DNA from: Breznakia sp. PF5-3
Lineage (GTDB): Bacteria; Bacillota_I; Bacilli_A; Erysipelotrichales; Erysipelotrichaceae
Length of the DNA stretch: 32,000 nucleotides
Assembly: GCF_029504745.1 (NCBI RefSeq)
Contig: NZ_JAQFIQ010000006.1
Coordinates: forward strand, 30,001 to 62,000
Direction of reading: 5' to 3'
Made by a program: the position numbers and the translations under genes. The notes beneath the pieces are model-generated. The model saw nothing but the letters and a program-made list of their open reading frames with translations, ran no database searches and was not told where the DNA came from. Shown here one piece after another: positions 24,251 through 32,000 of this stretch (position 1 is the first letter of the stretch; each line of letters begins with the position of its first letter).

Positions 24251-24499
24251 TTATCTTGATTTCATCAATAAATCTACAGCTTGTTCAATTTCTTTATCAC
24301 TATATTCTTCACTCTCATACAATTCTTTTAAATTATTAACAACAATTAATGCAATGATACGATCAATACTAGAACGCACAGCACTCAATTGCGTAACAAC
24401 CTCTTTACAACCTTTTTCATCTTCAATCATTTTCAAAATACCTCGAAGTTGCCCTTCGCTTCGTTTTATTCGATTGCTAATATCACTACTGCATTTCAT
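24251..24499 (-). CDS. CsoR/RcnR/CstR-family four-helix-bundle repressor
   Basis: 82 aa. Contains RIKRSEGQLRGILKMIEDEKGCKEVVTQLSAVRSSIDR. Conserved Cys31 is present, but the downstream His/Cys ligand positions read N56 and L60. There is an extra Cys3. Confidence 0.8.
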   Translation of the reverse strand: MKCSSDISNRIKRSEGQLRGILKMIEDEKGCKEVVTQLSAVRSSIDRIIALIVVNNLKELYESEEYSDKEIEQAVDLLMKSR

Positions 24500-24528
24500 C
24501 TAGATACCTCCTTATCTGTTCATAAACC

Positions 24529-24828
24529 TTATACTATCTTCCCTCGCCAACTACTCATTCCTCCACTCACATTAATCACATCATATCCTTGTTTAGATAA
24601 ATAGTGACATGCCTGTTTGCTTCGCATTCCTGATTGACAAATTACATATGTAGTTCCTTTTAACTTAGTATTTTCAATATTAGACAACGGTGCATTAATT
24701 GCACTCTTGATGTGTCCATCTTTAAACTCATCCTTCTCTCTTACATCTAAAATTGTGGTCTTGTCTCCTTGTTCTACCAATTCTTGCAATTTCACTGCAC
24801 TTATCGACTTTATTTTTGAAAAAAACAT
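24529..24828 (-). CDS. Single-domain rhodanese (sulfurtransferase)
   Basis: 99 aa. Contains ILDVREKDEFKDGHIKSAINAP and the active-site loop CQSGMRS. Confidence 0.85.
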   Translation of the reverse strand: MFFSKIKSISAVKLQELVEQGDKTTILDVREKDEFKDGHIKSAINAPLSNIENTKLKGTTYVICQSGMRSKQACHYLSKQGYDVINVSGGMSSWRGKIV

Positions 24829-24840
24829 ACTTATCTCCTT

Positions 24841-24858
24841 TATACCCTAGGGGGTATT
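24841..24858. promoter_or_regulatory. CsoR/CstR-type operator (GC-core pseudo-palindrome)
   Basis: TATACCCTAGGGGGTATT lies between the predicted -10 and the RBS of the rhodanese gene. It resembles the ATACCC-N-GGGGTAT operators bound by CsoR-family repressors. Confidence 0.7.
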
Positions 24859-24867
24859 ATTAATGTT

Positions 24868-24895
24868 ATTCTATCGTCTTTCTTTGTTCGTGTAA
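24868..24895 (-). promoter_or_regulatory. Promoter of the rhodanese/cstR-like/Cdr-RHD operon
   Basis: Minus strand reads TTACAC (24890-24895), 16 nt spacer, TAGAAT (24868-24873). The operator starts ~10 nt downstream. Confidence 0.5.
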
Positions 24896-24917
24896 ATTAA
24901 GATGCACTTAATATTAC

Positions 24918-24946
24918 AAAAAAAGCAACCACAATATTATGGTTAC
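24918..24946 (-). terminator. Terminator after the LysR gene
   Basis: Minus strand reads GTAACCAT-AATATT-GTGGTTGC (8 bp including G-U pairs) followed by T7. Confidence 0.6.
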
Positions 24947-24955
24947 TTCCACTTT

Positions 24956-25843
24956 CTATTTTGTATATAATTTTAACGCTTCGAAAATCGTTTCATATTC
25001 TGTCGAAAAAGCACTATCTTTATTCCACAAAAATGTAAAATCATGAATAACTACAAAATCCGATAGTGGTATCTTTCTCAATGTCCCATTTTTCAATTCT
25101 TCTTCCACTGCTGATTTATACAAAAAGGCTATTCCACAATCCTGGCATAAAAGATTTACAATTGTATGTATATTGCCTATTTCTACTTTATGCTTAAAAT
25201 CATCTATTGACATATTTTTAATTGCCAAGGTTTTTGACAATATTGCCCTTGTCCCTGAACCATGTTCACGAACAAGCAAACGCTCTGAAACAAGATCTTT
25301 TAAATAATGAATTGGTTTTTCAAACATATGATCTTTTGCTGCTATTGCAATATACTCCTCACTCTTATATATTTGTGCATTATAGTCATTACTATTAAAA
25401 TATCCTTCTACAATTGCAAAATCAATTTCCCCATGACGCAAATAAGAAAGCAAAGTTTGTGTATTTGCATATCGTACTCTAATATCTACATTGGGGTGCA
25501 TTTTAATAAAATTAGCCAAAGCAGGTACAATTGTATATTCCCCTATTGTCATTGTAACACCAAATGTTAATGTCTTTTTCCCATCAAGACTAACTTTCAT
25601 ACGTTGTTTTAACGTATTTTCATCATTTCGCATCGTTTCTAAGGTAGAACGTAATATTTCACCAGCAGGAGTAAGTAGCAATTTCTTTTTATCACGAATA
25701 AAAAGTAGTGTCTCATATTCCTTTTCTAAATATCGAATATGCTGAGAAACAGCAGGCTGAGTAAGATTTAACACCTTAGCAGCATGGGTAAAATTCATAT
25801 ACTCACAAACCTTTAAAAAGGTTTCCATTCGAAAATCTAACAT
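24956..25843 (-). CDS. LysR-family transcriptional regulator
   Basis: HTH FTHAAKVLNLTQPAVSQHIRYLE with a substrate-binding domain after it. Start placed at the ATG (MLDFRMETF) after the GGAGG embedded in ATGGAGGTAATGATG. 25855 is the alternative. Confidence 0.85.
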   Translation of the reverse strand: MLDFRMETFLKVCEYMNFTHAAKVLNLTQPAVSQHIRYLEKEYETLLFIRDKKKLLLTPAGEILRSTLETMRNDENTLKQRMKVSLDGKKTLTFGVTMTIGEYTIVPALANFIKMHPNVDIRVRYANTQTLLSYLRHGEIDFAIVEGYFNSNDYNAQIYKSEEYIAIAAKDHMFEKPIHYLKDLVSERLLVREHGSGTRAILSKTLAIKNMSIDDFKHKVEIGNIHTIVNLLCQDCGIAFLYKSAVEEELKNGTLRKIPLSDFVVIHDFTFLWNKDSAFSTEYETIFEALKLYTK

Positions 25844-25975
25844 CATTACCTCCATATATTGATTATTATGCTAACCATAACAAATATTTATGATTATATC
25901 AATTATTATAATTTTACAAAATGATTATACATGTATATAGTAAAAGGGCATACATTCATAATGTGGAGGTATTTT

Positions 25976-27007
25976 ATGAAACTCATTTCAAACAATTGGC
26001 AAGGAATCCTTTTCTGTCTTGCATTAGCAATTCCGTCTTATTTTCTAGGTAATCAATTCCCTATTATTGGTGGTCCAGTTATCGCCATTGTTAGTGGAAT
26101 GATTTTAGCTATTTTCATAAAGAATAAAAATTCATTACATGATGGCGTTAAATATACATCTAAAAAAATACTACAATACGCTGTAATATTATTAGGTTTT
26201 GGGATGAATCTGGAGGTTGTTGTTCAAACCGGCAAACAATCTTTACCAATTATTATTTGTACAATTTCTACTTCCTTGGTGATTGCATATGTATTGCATC
26301 GGACAATGAAAATCCCTAAAAAAATATCTACCCTTATTGGTGTTGGTTCCTCTATATGTGGAGGATCAGCAATTGCTGCTACAGCTCCTGTAATCGATGC
26401 TGATGAAGAGGAAATCGCACAAGCAATCTCTGTTATTTTTCTTTTCAATATAATCGCTGCACTTATTTTCCCTATGTTAGGGAATGCCATCGGCTTCTCT
26501 ACCTCCTCAGGTGATGCCTTTGGTGTCTTTGCTGGAACAGCCGTAAACGACACCTCTTCGGTCAGCGCTTCAGCATCTACATGGGATTCCATGCATAATC
26601 TTGGAAGTCAAACATTAGATAAAGCTATTACTGTAAAACTTACTAGAACCCTTGCAATCATTCCTATAACTTTATTTTTAGCTTTCAGAAGAAGTAAAAA
26701 TACGGAAGCAACCAATGAAAAAAAAGCATCTATTAAAAATGCTTTTCCCTTCTTTATCTTACTTTTCATCTTCGCCAGTTTCCTTACTACCATCGCTACA
26801 TCAGCTGGTATTAGTGAAGATGTTTTCGTACCAATGAAATTCTTATCTAAATTCTTCATCATCATGGCAATGGGTGCAATTGGTTTTAATACCGATGTTG
26901 TAAAACTAATTAAGAGTGGTATTCGCCCCATCCTATTAGGTATGTCTTGTTGGATTGGAATAACTATCGTTTCCTTAGTGATGCAATATATGATGAACAT
27001 TTGGTAA
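25976..27007 (+). CDS. YeiH/UPF0324 family membrane protein (putative sulfate-exporter family)
   Basis: Start at ATG 25976 behind GGAGG (MKLISNNWQG). ~10 TM segments. Motif GVGSSICGGSAIAATAPV. Divergent from the LysR gene, like E. coli yeiE-yeiH. Confidence 0.75.
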   Translation: MKLISNNWQGILFCLALAIPSYFLGNQFPIIGGPVIAIVSGMILAIFIKNKNSLHDGVKYTSKKILQYAVILLGFGMNLEVVVQTGKQSLPIIICTISTSLVIAYVLHRTMKIPKKISTLIGVGSSICGGSAIAATAPVIDADEEEIAQAISVIFLFNIIAALIFPMLGNAIGFSTSSGDAFGVFAGTAVNDTSSVSASASTWDSMHNLGSQTLDKAITVKLTRTLAIIPITLFLAFRRSKNTEATNEKKASIKNAFPFFILLFIFASFLTTIATSAGISEDVFVPMKFLSKFFIIMAMGAIGFNTDVVKLIKSGIRPILLGMSCWIGITIVSLVMQYMMNIW

Positions 27008-27014
27008 CATTTTA

Positions 27015-27758
27015 TCAATTCAGAAATACTGCTTTAAGTACAGAAAAATATTCTCTTATATAATTTGCAGTGAACCCTTTATATAACTTTTGGGATGGAG
27101 AACAATATGCTTTCATCCCTATTTTATTGGCGATATATTTTGCTCGAAATGCATGGAAATTATTAGTAACAATCAGAAAAGATGCATCTTTATTATCAAC
27201 TAATGCATATGAATTCCTCAAATTTTCATAAGTTGAAAAAGAATTATCTTCTAATAAAATTTGTTTCTTTGAAACCCCTAACTTAACAAGATATTTTTTC
27301 ATTACTTCTGCTTCGCTATACTTTTTATCACTCGCTTTTCCACCACTACAAATGATCTTTACATTAGGGTATTGTATATAACAATCATACGCCTCCTCTA
27401 ATCGATAACGTAAAGCTTTACTAGGTTGGTCTCCTTTAATTGCAGCCCCCAACACAACAATATAATCCGGTTTCACATCATCCTTTTTTACACCATTAAT
27501 AATTACAAGTGTTTCAATAAGTAGAAAACTAACAATAAAGGTTGTAACACACACCCGACAAACGTATTGAAAAGGTTTTGGTAATTTCGCTAAAATGTTT
27601 TGCTGTTGACGGAAACATACAAAAGAATATGCACACAACAAAATACCACCTATACATAATAAAATCGTAAATAGATTCCACCAAAGAAACAGATTAACGA
27701 TACAAAAAACACCTGTAAAAAAATATAACCCATACTTCATCTTTTGAAAATTATTCAT
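27015..27758 (-). CDS. DUF218 (YdcF/SanA/ElyC-like) protein with N-terminal TM segments
   Basis: Contains YIVVLGAAIKGDQPSKALRYRLEEA, ICSGGKASDKKYSEAEVMKKYL, STYENL and IVTNNFHAFRA. Confidence 0.75.
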   Translation of the reverse strand: MNNFQKMKYGLYFFTGVFCIVNLFLWWNLFTILLCIGGILLCAYSFVCFRQQQNILAKLPKPFQYVCRVCVTTFIVSFLLIETLVIINGVKKDDVKPDYIVVLGAAIKGDQPSKALRYRLEEAYDCYIQYPNVKIICSGGKASDKKYSEAEVMKKYLVKLGVSKKQILLEDNSFSTYENLRNSYALVDNKDASFLIVTNNFHAFRAKYIANKIGMKAYCSPSQKLYKGFTANYIREYFSVLKAVFLN

Positions 27759-27785
27759 ATTACATCTCCATTATTTCTATTGTTA

Positions 27786-28238
27786 TTATATTTCAACTTC
27801 ATAAATCCTTGATGTTTCTCCATCTGGATGCTCACCATCGCCAATATAAGTAAATCCATATTGTTCATAATATCCAATATGATCACTACATAAATATAAA
27901 CGTTCATATCCCATTTGCTTCGTATCATCTTTAATTTTATCAATCAAAAGTTTTGCATATCGATTACCACGATAATTTTCTTCAACATACAAAGCACAAA
28001 GCCATGGTTTTAAATCTGTCCGATTGATAAAATCATTTTCAATCAAACCTGCACAACCAGCAATAGTATTAGAATCAAAAAGTAAATACCATTGCGGCAA
28101 ATTTGAAGTTGCTTGTAAGCTTTTGAGAATACTGTCTTCATAAACTTTTTCATCTACTATATCTCCCCATTTTGCTTGAAAATAACGGATAGCTTCCAAG
28201 GCATATGTTTGTTGTTCTCTTATTGAAATAATATGCAT
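27786..28238 (-). CDS. GNAT-family N-acetyltransferase
   Basis: 150 aa. Contains LCALYVEENYRGNRYAKLLIDKI (acetyl-CoA motif A, R/Q-x-x-G-x-A-like) and YERLYL..D..GYYEQYGF. Confidence 0.75.
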   Translation of the reverse strand: MHIISIREQQTYALEAIRYFQAKWGDIVDEKVYEDSILKSLQATSNLPQWYLLFDSNTIAGCAGLIENDFINRTDLKPWLCALYVEENYRGNRYAKLLIDKIKDDTKQMGYERLYLCSDHIGYYEQYGFTYIGDGEHPDGETSRIYEVEI

Positions 28239-28286
28239 ACAAAAATCCCCTTTTTCATTTCTTCTAGTATATCATTAAACTTTGTT

Positions 28287-28315
28287 TTGACAACCTCCTT
28301 CAACCATGCTAGTAT
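28287..28315 (+). promoter_or_regulatory. Promoter of the T-box/trpB unit
   Basis: TTGACA (28287-28292), 17 nt spacer, TAGTAT (28310-28315). Confidence 0.6.
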
Positions 28316-28321
28316 TATTAA

Positions 28322-28568
28322 AAATAAAATCAATGATTTGGAGTAGTAAGTTTAAATGAAGATTATAGAGAATTGCGGACGGTGGAAAAGCAATATCCTA
28401 ATTTATTCTGAATGGACCAATGAGAGCGATCCGAAATTTTGAAAGTAGGCATCGACGGATTTACCCCGTTAACAGTAAACGTGTATGATAGTACACGATA
28501 AAAGACGTTTTACGTCATGGTGGCTTAACAAGTATAACTTGTCCTTTATTGGGACAAGTTTTTTTATT
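28322..28568 (+). promoter_or_regulatory. T-box riboswitch leader, tryptophan specifier (UGG)
   Basis: Conserved elements occur in the canonical order: AGAGA (28367), GGTGGAAA distal-loop motif (28381), specifier loop GAA-TGG-A (TGG at 28413-28415), GAGAG, AGTA box, T-box core CATGGTGGC (28516-28524). Terminator ACTTGTCC-TTTATT-GGGACAAGT plus T-run (28538-28568). Confidence 0.8.
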
Positions 28569-28585
28569 TTAAGGAGGTGGTACGA

Positions 28586-28705
28586 ATGGAAGCTGATTGG
28601 GATTGGAAGGCATACAAACAACATAGAAAAGGAGAAATAAAATATGAACTATGGCATTTTTGGTGGACAATATGTGCCACAAGAACTTTTAAAAAGATTA
28701 GATGA
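28586..28705 (+). CDS. Possible 39-codon Trp-rich upstream ORF overlapping the trpB start
   Basis: AAGGAGGTGG RBS 5 nt before the ATG at 28586. Peptide MEADWDWKAYKQHRKGEIKYELWHFWWTICATRTFKKIR has 5 Trp. It is out of frame with trpB and overlaps it by 62 nt. Too short for the ORF track. Confidence 0.25.
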   Translation: MEADWDWKAYKQHRKGEIKYELWHFWWTICATRTFKKIR

Positions 28706-29798
28706 AATTGAACATGAATTTAACCAAGCAATACAAGATGAAGATTACAAACAAGAATTTATATACTATTTAAAAAATTATGTTGGTAGACCTTCCCCAT
28801 TGTATTACGCTAAGAATTTAAGTCGTCTTTATGGGGGTGCAAAAATTTATTTAAAACGAGAAGATTTAAACCATACAGGGTCCCATAAAATAAACAATGC
28901 TATTGGACAAGTATTACTAGCCAAAAGATTAAACAAGACTCATATCATTGCTGAAACAGGTGCTGGGCAACATGGTGTTGCCACTGCCACCGTATGTGCG
29001 ATGTTCAATCTTAAATGTACAATCTTTATGGGTGAAGAAGATATGCGTAAACAAAGTGTAAATGTTGAAAAGATAAAACTATTAGGAGCTGAGGTGATTT
29101 CTGTCACAGAAGGATCAAAAACACTAAAAGAAGCAGTGGATGTAGCCTTTCAATATTTATTAGACCATGATGATGTATATTATTTAATTGGTTCTGCTGT
29201 TGGTCCACATCCATACCCACAAATGGTAAAATACTTTCAACAGGTTATCGGCGAAGAAACAAGAAAACAAATTTTAGCGATGGAAAACACCTTGCCTAAA
29301 GCAGTTGTTGCTTGTGTTGGAGGAGGTAGTAATTCAATTGGAATGTTCTCAGGATTTATCCATGATAAACTTGATATTTACGGTGTTGAAGGTGCAGGAT
29401 ATGGCATTGAAAGCAAGATGCATGCTTCAGCGATTGCCAACAATAATATTGGTATTATACATGGTATGAAAACATATGCCATGACCAATGAGAATGGTGA
29501 AATAGCAGAAGCATATTCTATTTCATCTGGACTTGATTATCCTGGGATTGGTCCAGAGCATGCTCACTATTATAATGAAAACCTTGTTCATTATGATTCT
29601 GTTACTGACAAAGAAGCCATTGAAGGTTTTAAAGACTTGTGTAAAAGTGAAGGCATTATTCCAGCTCTAGAAAGTAGCCATGCCCTTGCCTATACCAAGA
29701 AGATTGCCAAAAAGTATAAACCAGATGATAGTATTGTCGTTTCCCTATCTGGTAGGGGTGATAAGGATGTTTCTACAATCTTAAACTACCAAGATTAA
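28644..29798 (+). CDS. trpB: Tryptophan synthase beta subunit (no trpA or other trp genes nearby)
   Basis: 384 aa. Contains FGGQYVPQ, REDLNHTGSHKINNAIGQ (PLP lysine), ETGAGQHG, GGGSN and GLDYPGIGPEH. Confidence 0.92.
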   Translation: MNYGIFGGQYVPQELLKRLDEIEHEFNQAIQDEDYKQEFIYYLKNYVGRPSPLYYAKNLSRLYGGAKIYLKREDLNHTGSHKINNAIGQVLLAKRLNKTHIIAETGAGQHGVATATVCAMFNLKCTIFMGEEDMRKQSVNVEKIKLLGAEVISVTEGSKTLKEAVDVAFQYLLDHDDVYYLIGSAVGPHPYPQMVKYFQQVIGEETRKQILAMENTLPKAVVACVGGGSNSIGMFSGFIHDKLDIYGVEGAGYGIESKMHASAIANNNIGIIHGMKTYAMTNENGEIAEAYSISSGLDYPGIGPEHAHYYNENLVHYDSVTDKEAIEGFKDLCKSEGIIPALESSHALAYTKKIAKKYKPDDSIVVSLSGRGDKDVSTILNYQD

Positions 29799-29888
29799 AA
29801 TAATAAAATTCACAAATTTCATTGTCTTCAACAAGACAAAGTGATAATATTGAATTAGGAACCAGATGATGTTAGATTGTTGAAAACA

Positions 29889-29942
29889 AGCTAATATAAA
29901 ATACTCTAAAATTGTTCAGGGTGTTTTATGTTGGCTTTTTTA
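29889..29942 (+). terminator. Long hairpin terminator after trpB
   Basis: AGCTAATATAAAATACTCT pairs with AGGGTGTTTTATGTTGGCT (19 bp counting G-U pairs, 10-nt loop), followed by T6. Confidence 0.6.
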
Positions 29943-30018
29943 TTAGAAAGGAGGTAAAAAATAAAACCAAAAGAATTGCTTTGTTAAAAAGAACTTATAA
30001 AGAAAGGCTGGAAGAAAT

Positions 30019-31218
30019 ATGAAGAAAATTATTAAGATTGTATTATCAACTATTTTATCTTTAAGCATATGTTCTAATTTAATGATTACGGTCCATGCTG
30101 ATGCAACTTTGGATCAATATATCGCAGAGCTTATCTATTATCATGCAAATGGGGCAGAAACAGATGAATTACGTATTTTAGATAAAATAAAAGGCATTTC
30201 ATCAGAAGAATATAATAAATGGAGAGATGTTATGGATTATTGGTATTGGATTGAAAGTGATATGGTAGAAAATGTTGGTGTTGCTCCAGATTCACTACCA
30301 AATGATTCTACACATGCATTTGTAGTTTTAGGTTTTGCTTTAAATAATGATACCGGTCAAATGGAACCAGAACTTATAGGACGTTTAGAAGTAGCAAAAG
30401 CTAGTGCTCTAAAATATCCTAATTCTTATATCCTTGTTACAGGTGGAGTTGAAAAACATGGTAACACGGAAGGCGATCTTATGCACGACTGGCTAGTTGC
30501 TGAAGGTATTGATGATAATCGCATTATCGTTGAAAACCAATCGAGGAATACAGCTGAGAATGCGTTGTTTAGTTTTGATAAACTATATAATAATTACAAT
30601 GTTAAAACTGTTTCCATCATTACAAGTCAATACCATTTAAAAAGAGCTAGCATCTTATATTACACACAAGCAATGCAATCAGCAAAAATATATGGAAAAA
30701 CACCAATTGAAATAATTGGTAATGGAAATGCTGGTTGGTATCGTAGTGATAAAACAGAAGAACCAATGACTAGTAAAGCTTATAGCTTATCACTAATTGC
30801 TGGCGGTGATGTGAATGCTAACTTAATGTCATTAATGCAATCACTACCTGCAACATCTATATTACAAAGTATAGCAATTAAAGGCGATAAAGATTACATA
30901 CTTGGTAGTCCATTAAATATCAAAGTAACTGCTACATATGATATCGAAAATTACCAACGTGATATTACTTCATTAGCCACAATAACTGGGTATGACCCTA
31001 ATAAACTAGGTACACAAACAGTGAGTGCAGAATATATAGAAAACAACGTAACAAAACGTGCAACTTTTAATGTAAAAGTTAAAGCGAAAGCGACAACAAC
31101 AGTTAATGCGAAAGCACCAGCTACTGGCGATACAACAAACTATGCGCCACTAACTGCACTATTTACATTATCACTTATTAGCATTGTAGCAATTTTAAAA
31201 CGTCGTCAAAATATATAA
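30019..31218 (+). CDS. Secreted DUF218 (YdcF/SanA-like) protein with Ig-like domain and sortase-type C-terminal anchor
   Basis: Signal peptide ending VHA/DA. DUF218 motifs FVVLGFALNNDTGQMEPELIGRLE, LVTGG, NTAENA, ITSQYHLKRA. Big_3-like segment ITGYDPNKLGTQTVSAEYIENNVTKRATFNVKV. C-terminus APATGD followed by a hydrophobic helix and KRRQNI. Confidence 0.7.
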   Translation: MKKIIKIVLSTILSLSICSNLMITVHADATLDQYIAELIYYHANGAETDELRILDKIKGISSEEYNKWRDVMDYWYWIESDMVENVGVAPDSLPNDSTHAFVVLGFALNNDTGQMEPELIGRLEVAKASALKYPNSYILVTGGVEKHGNTEGDLMHDWLVAEGIDDNRIIVENQSRNTAENALFSFDKLYNNYNVKTVSIITSQYHLKRASILYYTQAMQSAKIYGKTPIEIIGNGNAGWYRSDKTEEPMTSKAYSLSLIAGGDVNANLMSLMQSLPATSILQSIAIKGDKDYILGSPLNIKVTATYDIENYQRDITSLATITGYDPNKLGTQTVSAEYIENNVTKRATFNVKVKAKATTTVNAKAPATGDTTNYAPLTALFTLSLISIVAILKRRQNI

Positions 31219-31221
31219 TAT

Positions 31222-31267
31222 AAAAAGCAGCTAGTTGGAATAAAATTCCAAACTAACTGCTTTTTTT
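31222..31267. terminator. Bidirectional terminator between convergent genes
   Basis: A5-GCAGCTAGTTGGAA...TTCCAAACTAACTGC-T7 with one mismatch and one bulge. The right arm overlaps the last codons of the minus-strand gene. Confidence 0.65.
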
Positions 31268-32000
31268 CATTCTCACATCTTCTTTAAACATATTCCTTGA
31301 AGGATTCCCCTCACAACGATAGTGTTTACCATTTTTCAAATCATATACAGAAGCCCAGATTGTATCAAATATATCAGGAGTTTCATATTGACACATAAAT
31401 CCATACTTCCCCGCCAACAAATCTTGAACAAACGATAAAGAATATGTATGTTTTGCCAATGCATTCATTGCAACAGAATACCGTTCTTGTGAATGAATCG
31501 TATCAGGAACATCACTCACTTTGTATTTCTTCATTGTAGGCGTTTTAAAATCATTTGTTGATACAACAAAATTATCATCATAGCCTCTAAATACCACTTC
31601 CTTTGCATTGCACTCTGCTACTACCATATCCCCACTTGCATCCGCAATCAACAAACTATGTGAAGAGGAATGTGGAACTTGCTTAAGGAGTTCTATTGCT
31701 TCTTTTGTAGTCTTGCATTTTTCTAAAATCATTCTTACTAAGATTCCTGCATTTAATCCTGGAGCTATCACCTTAGGAACAATAAAATTCAACCCCACTG
31801 CCAATCCATGTTCATTTACTCCATCTTCCATTTGAACAAATGCTGTTGTATTCCCAATAAATGAATAAGCATTATCCAATCGATAATATGCACTAATTGT
31901 TAAATCTTTAACAACACTCATAAAATCACTATTGCGTGCAAAGAAGATATGATCATCATCTTTACAAGCTATACATGTACACCAATTATCTTGAGTGTAA
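31253..32000 (-). CDS. Ntn-hydrolase of the C45 peptidase / choloylglycine-hydrolase-like superfamily (5' end off the right edge)
   Basis: The frame stays open upstream of the track's Met: ...YTQDNWCTCIACKDDDHIFFARNSDFMSVVKD..., a candidate nucleophile Cys followed by an xRNxD pattern. Also contains NEHGLAVGLNF and SHSLLIADASGDMVVAE. Confidence 0.6.
   Translation of the reverse strand, partial: YTQDNWCTCIACKDDDHIFFARNSDFMSVVKDLTISAYYRLDNAYSFIGNTTAFVQMEDGVNEHGLAVGLNFIVPKVIAPGLNAGILVRMILEKCKTTKEAIELLKQVPHSSSHSLLIADASGDMVVAECNAKEVVFRGYDDNFVVSTNDFKTPTMKKYKVSDVPDTIHSQERYSVAMNALAKHTYSLSFVQDLLAGKYGFMCQYETPDIFDTIWASVYDLKNGKHYRCEGNPSRNMFKEDVRMKKSS

Noticed and set aside
25844-25975. LysR T-N11-A box (ATAACAAATATTTAT) in the LysR/YeiH intergenic region
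   Set aside because: The palindromic ends are only 4 bp in AT-rich DNA, so this is indistinguishable from chance without comparative data.
26224-27018. Two minus-strand ORFs (122 and 136 aa) opposite the YeiH gene
   Set aside because: The plus-strand ORF has the YeiH motif and a GGAGG RBS. The antisense ORFs show no motif and no RBS.
29799-29888. Possible riboswitch or leader between trpB and the secreted DUF218 gene (small hairpin TTGTCTT-CAAC-AAGACAA)
   Set aside because: No recognisable riboswitch core motifs. The region is better explained by the 3' UTR and the long terminator at 29889-29942.

Overview
AT-rich chromosomal segment of a low-GC Gram-positive bacterium (Bacillota; GC judged by eye, not computed). 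Most genes lie on the minus strand and are housekeeping or accessory metabolism: rluA-like, PAP2 phosphatase, aminotransferase, two MerR/GyrI-like regulators, NmrA-like, dps, kdgT-like, hflX, aldose epimerase, a nuclease/thioredoxin-lipoprotein/AI-2E operon, alr, a LysR/YeiH pair, two DUF218 proteins, a GNAT, and a Trp T-box upstream of a lone trpB. A six-tRNA cluster (Val-Thr-Tyr-Gln-Lys-Gly) sits at 15863-16374. Directly downstream of it is the main finding, a ~3.2 kb cassette bracketed by ~190 bp direct repeats. The repeats derive from the 3' end of a NifX-like gene. The cassette encodes a type VII secretion LXG polymorphic toxin with a GH19 chitinase/lysozyme-like C-terminal domain. It also carries two small Lap-like helper genes, one with an in-frame stop, and a lipoprotein whose motifs resemble the lysozyme-binding RsiV fold (DUF4163/DUF3298), the predicted immunity protein. 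No T7SS core genes, integrase or transposase are visible. Other points of interest are a cst-like persulfide operon (rhodanese, CsoR/CstR-like repressor, CoA-disulfide reductase-rhodanese) with a GC-core operator and an unusual Cys pattern, a ferredoxin/TrxB-like/DUF134/NifX redox cluster with a palindromic operator, tandem hairpins with CU-rich loops (candidate sRNAs), and a Trp-rich upstream ORF ahead of trpB. All family assignments come from motif reading, not database searches.
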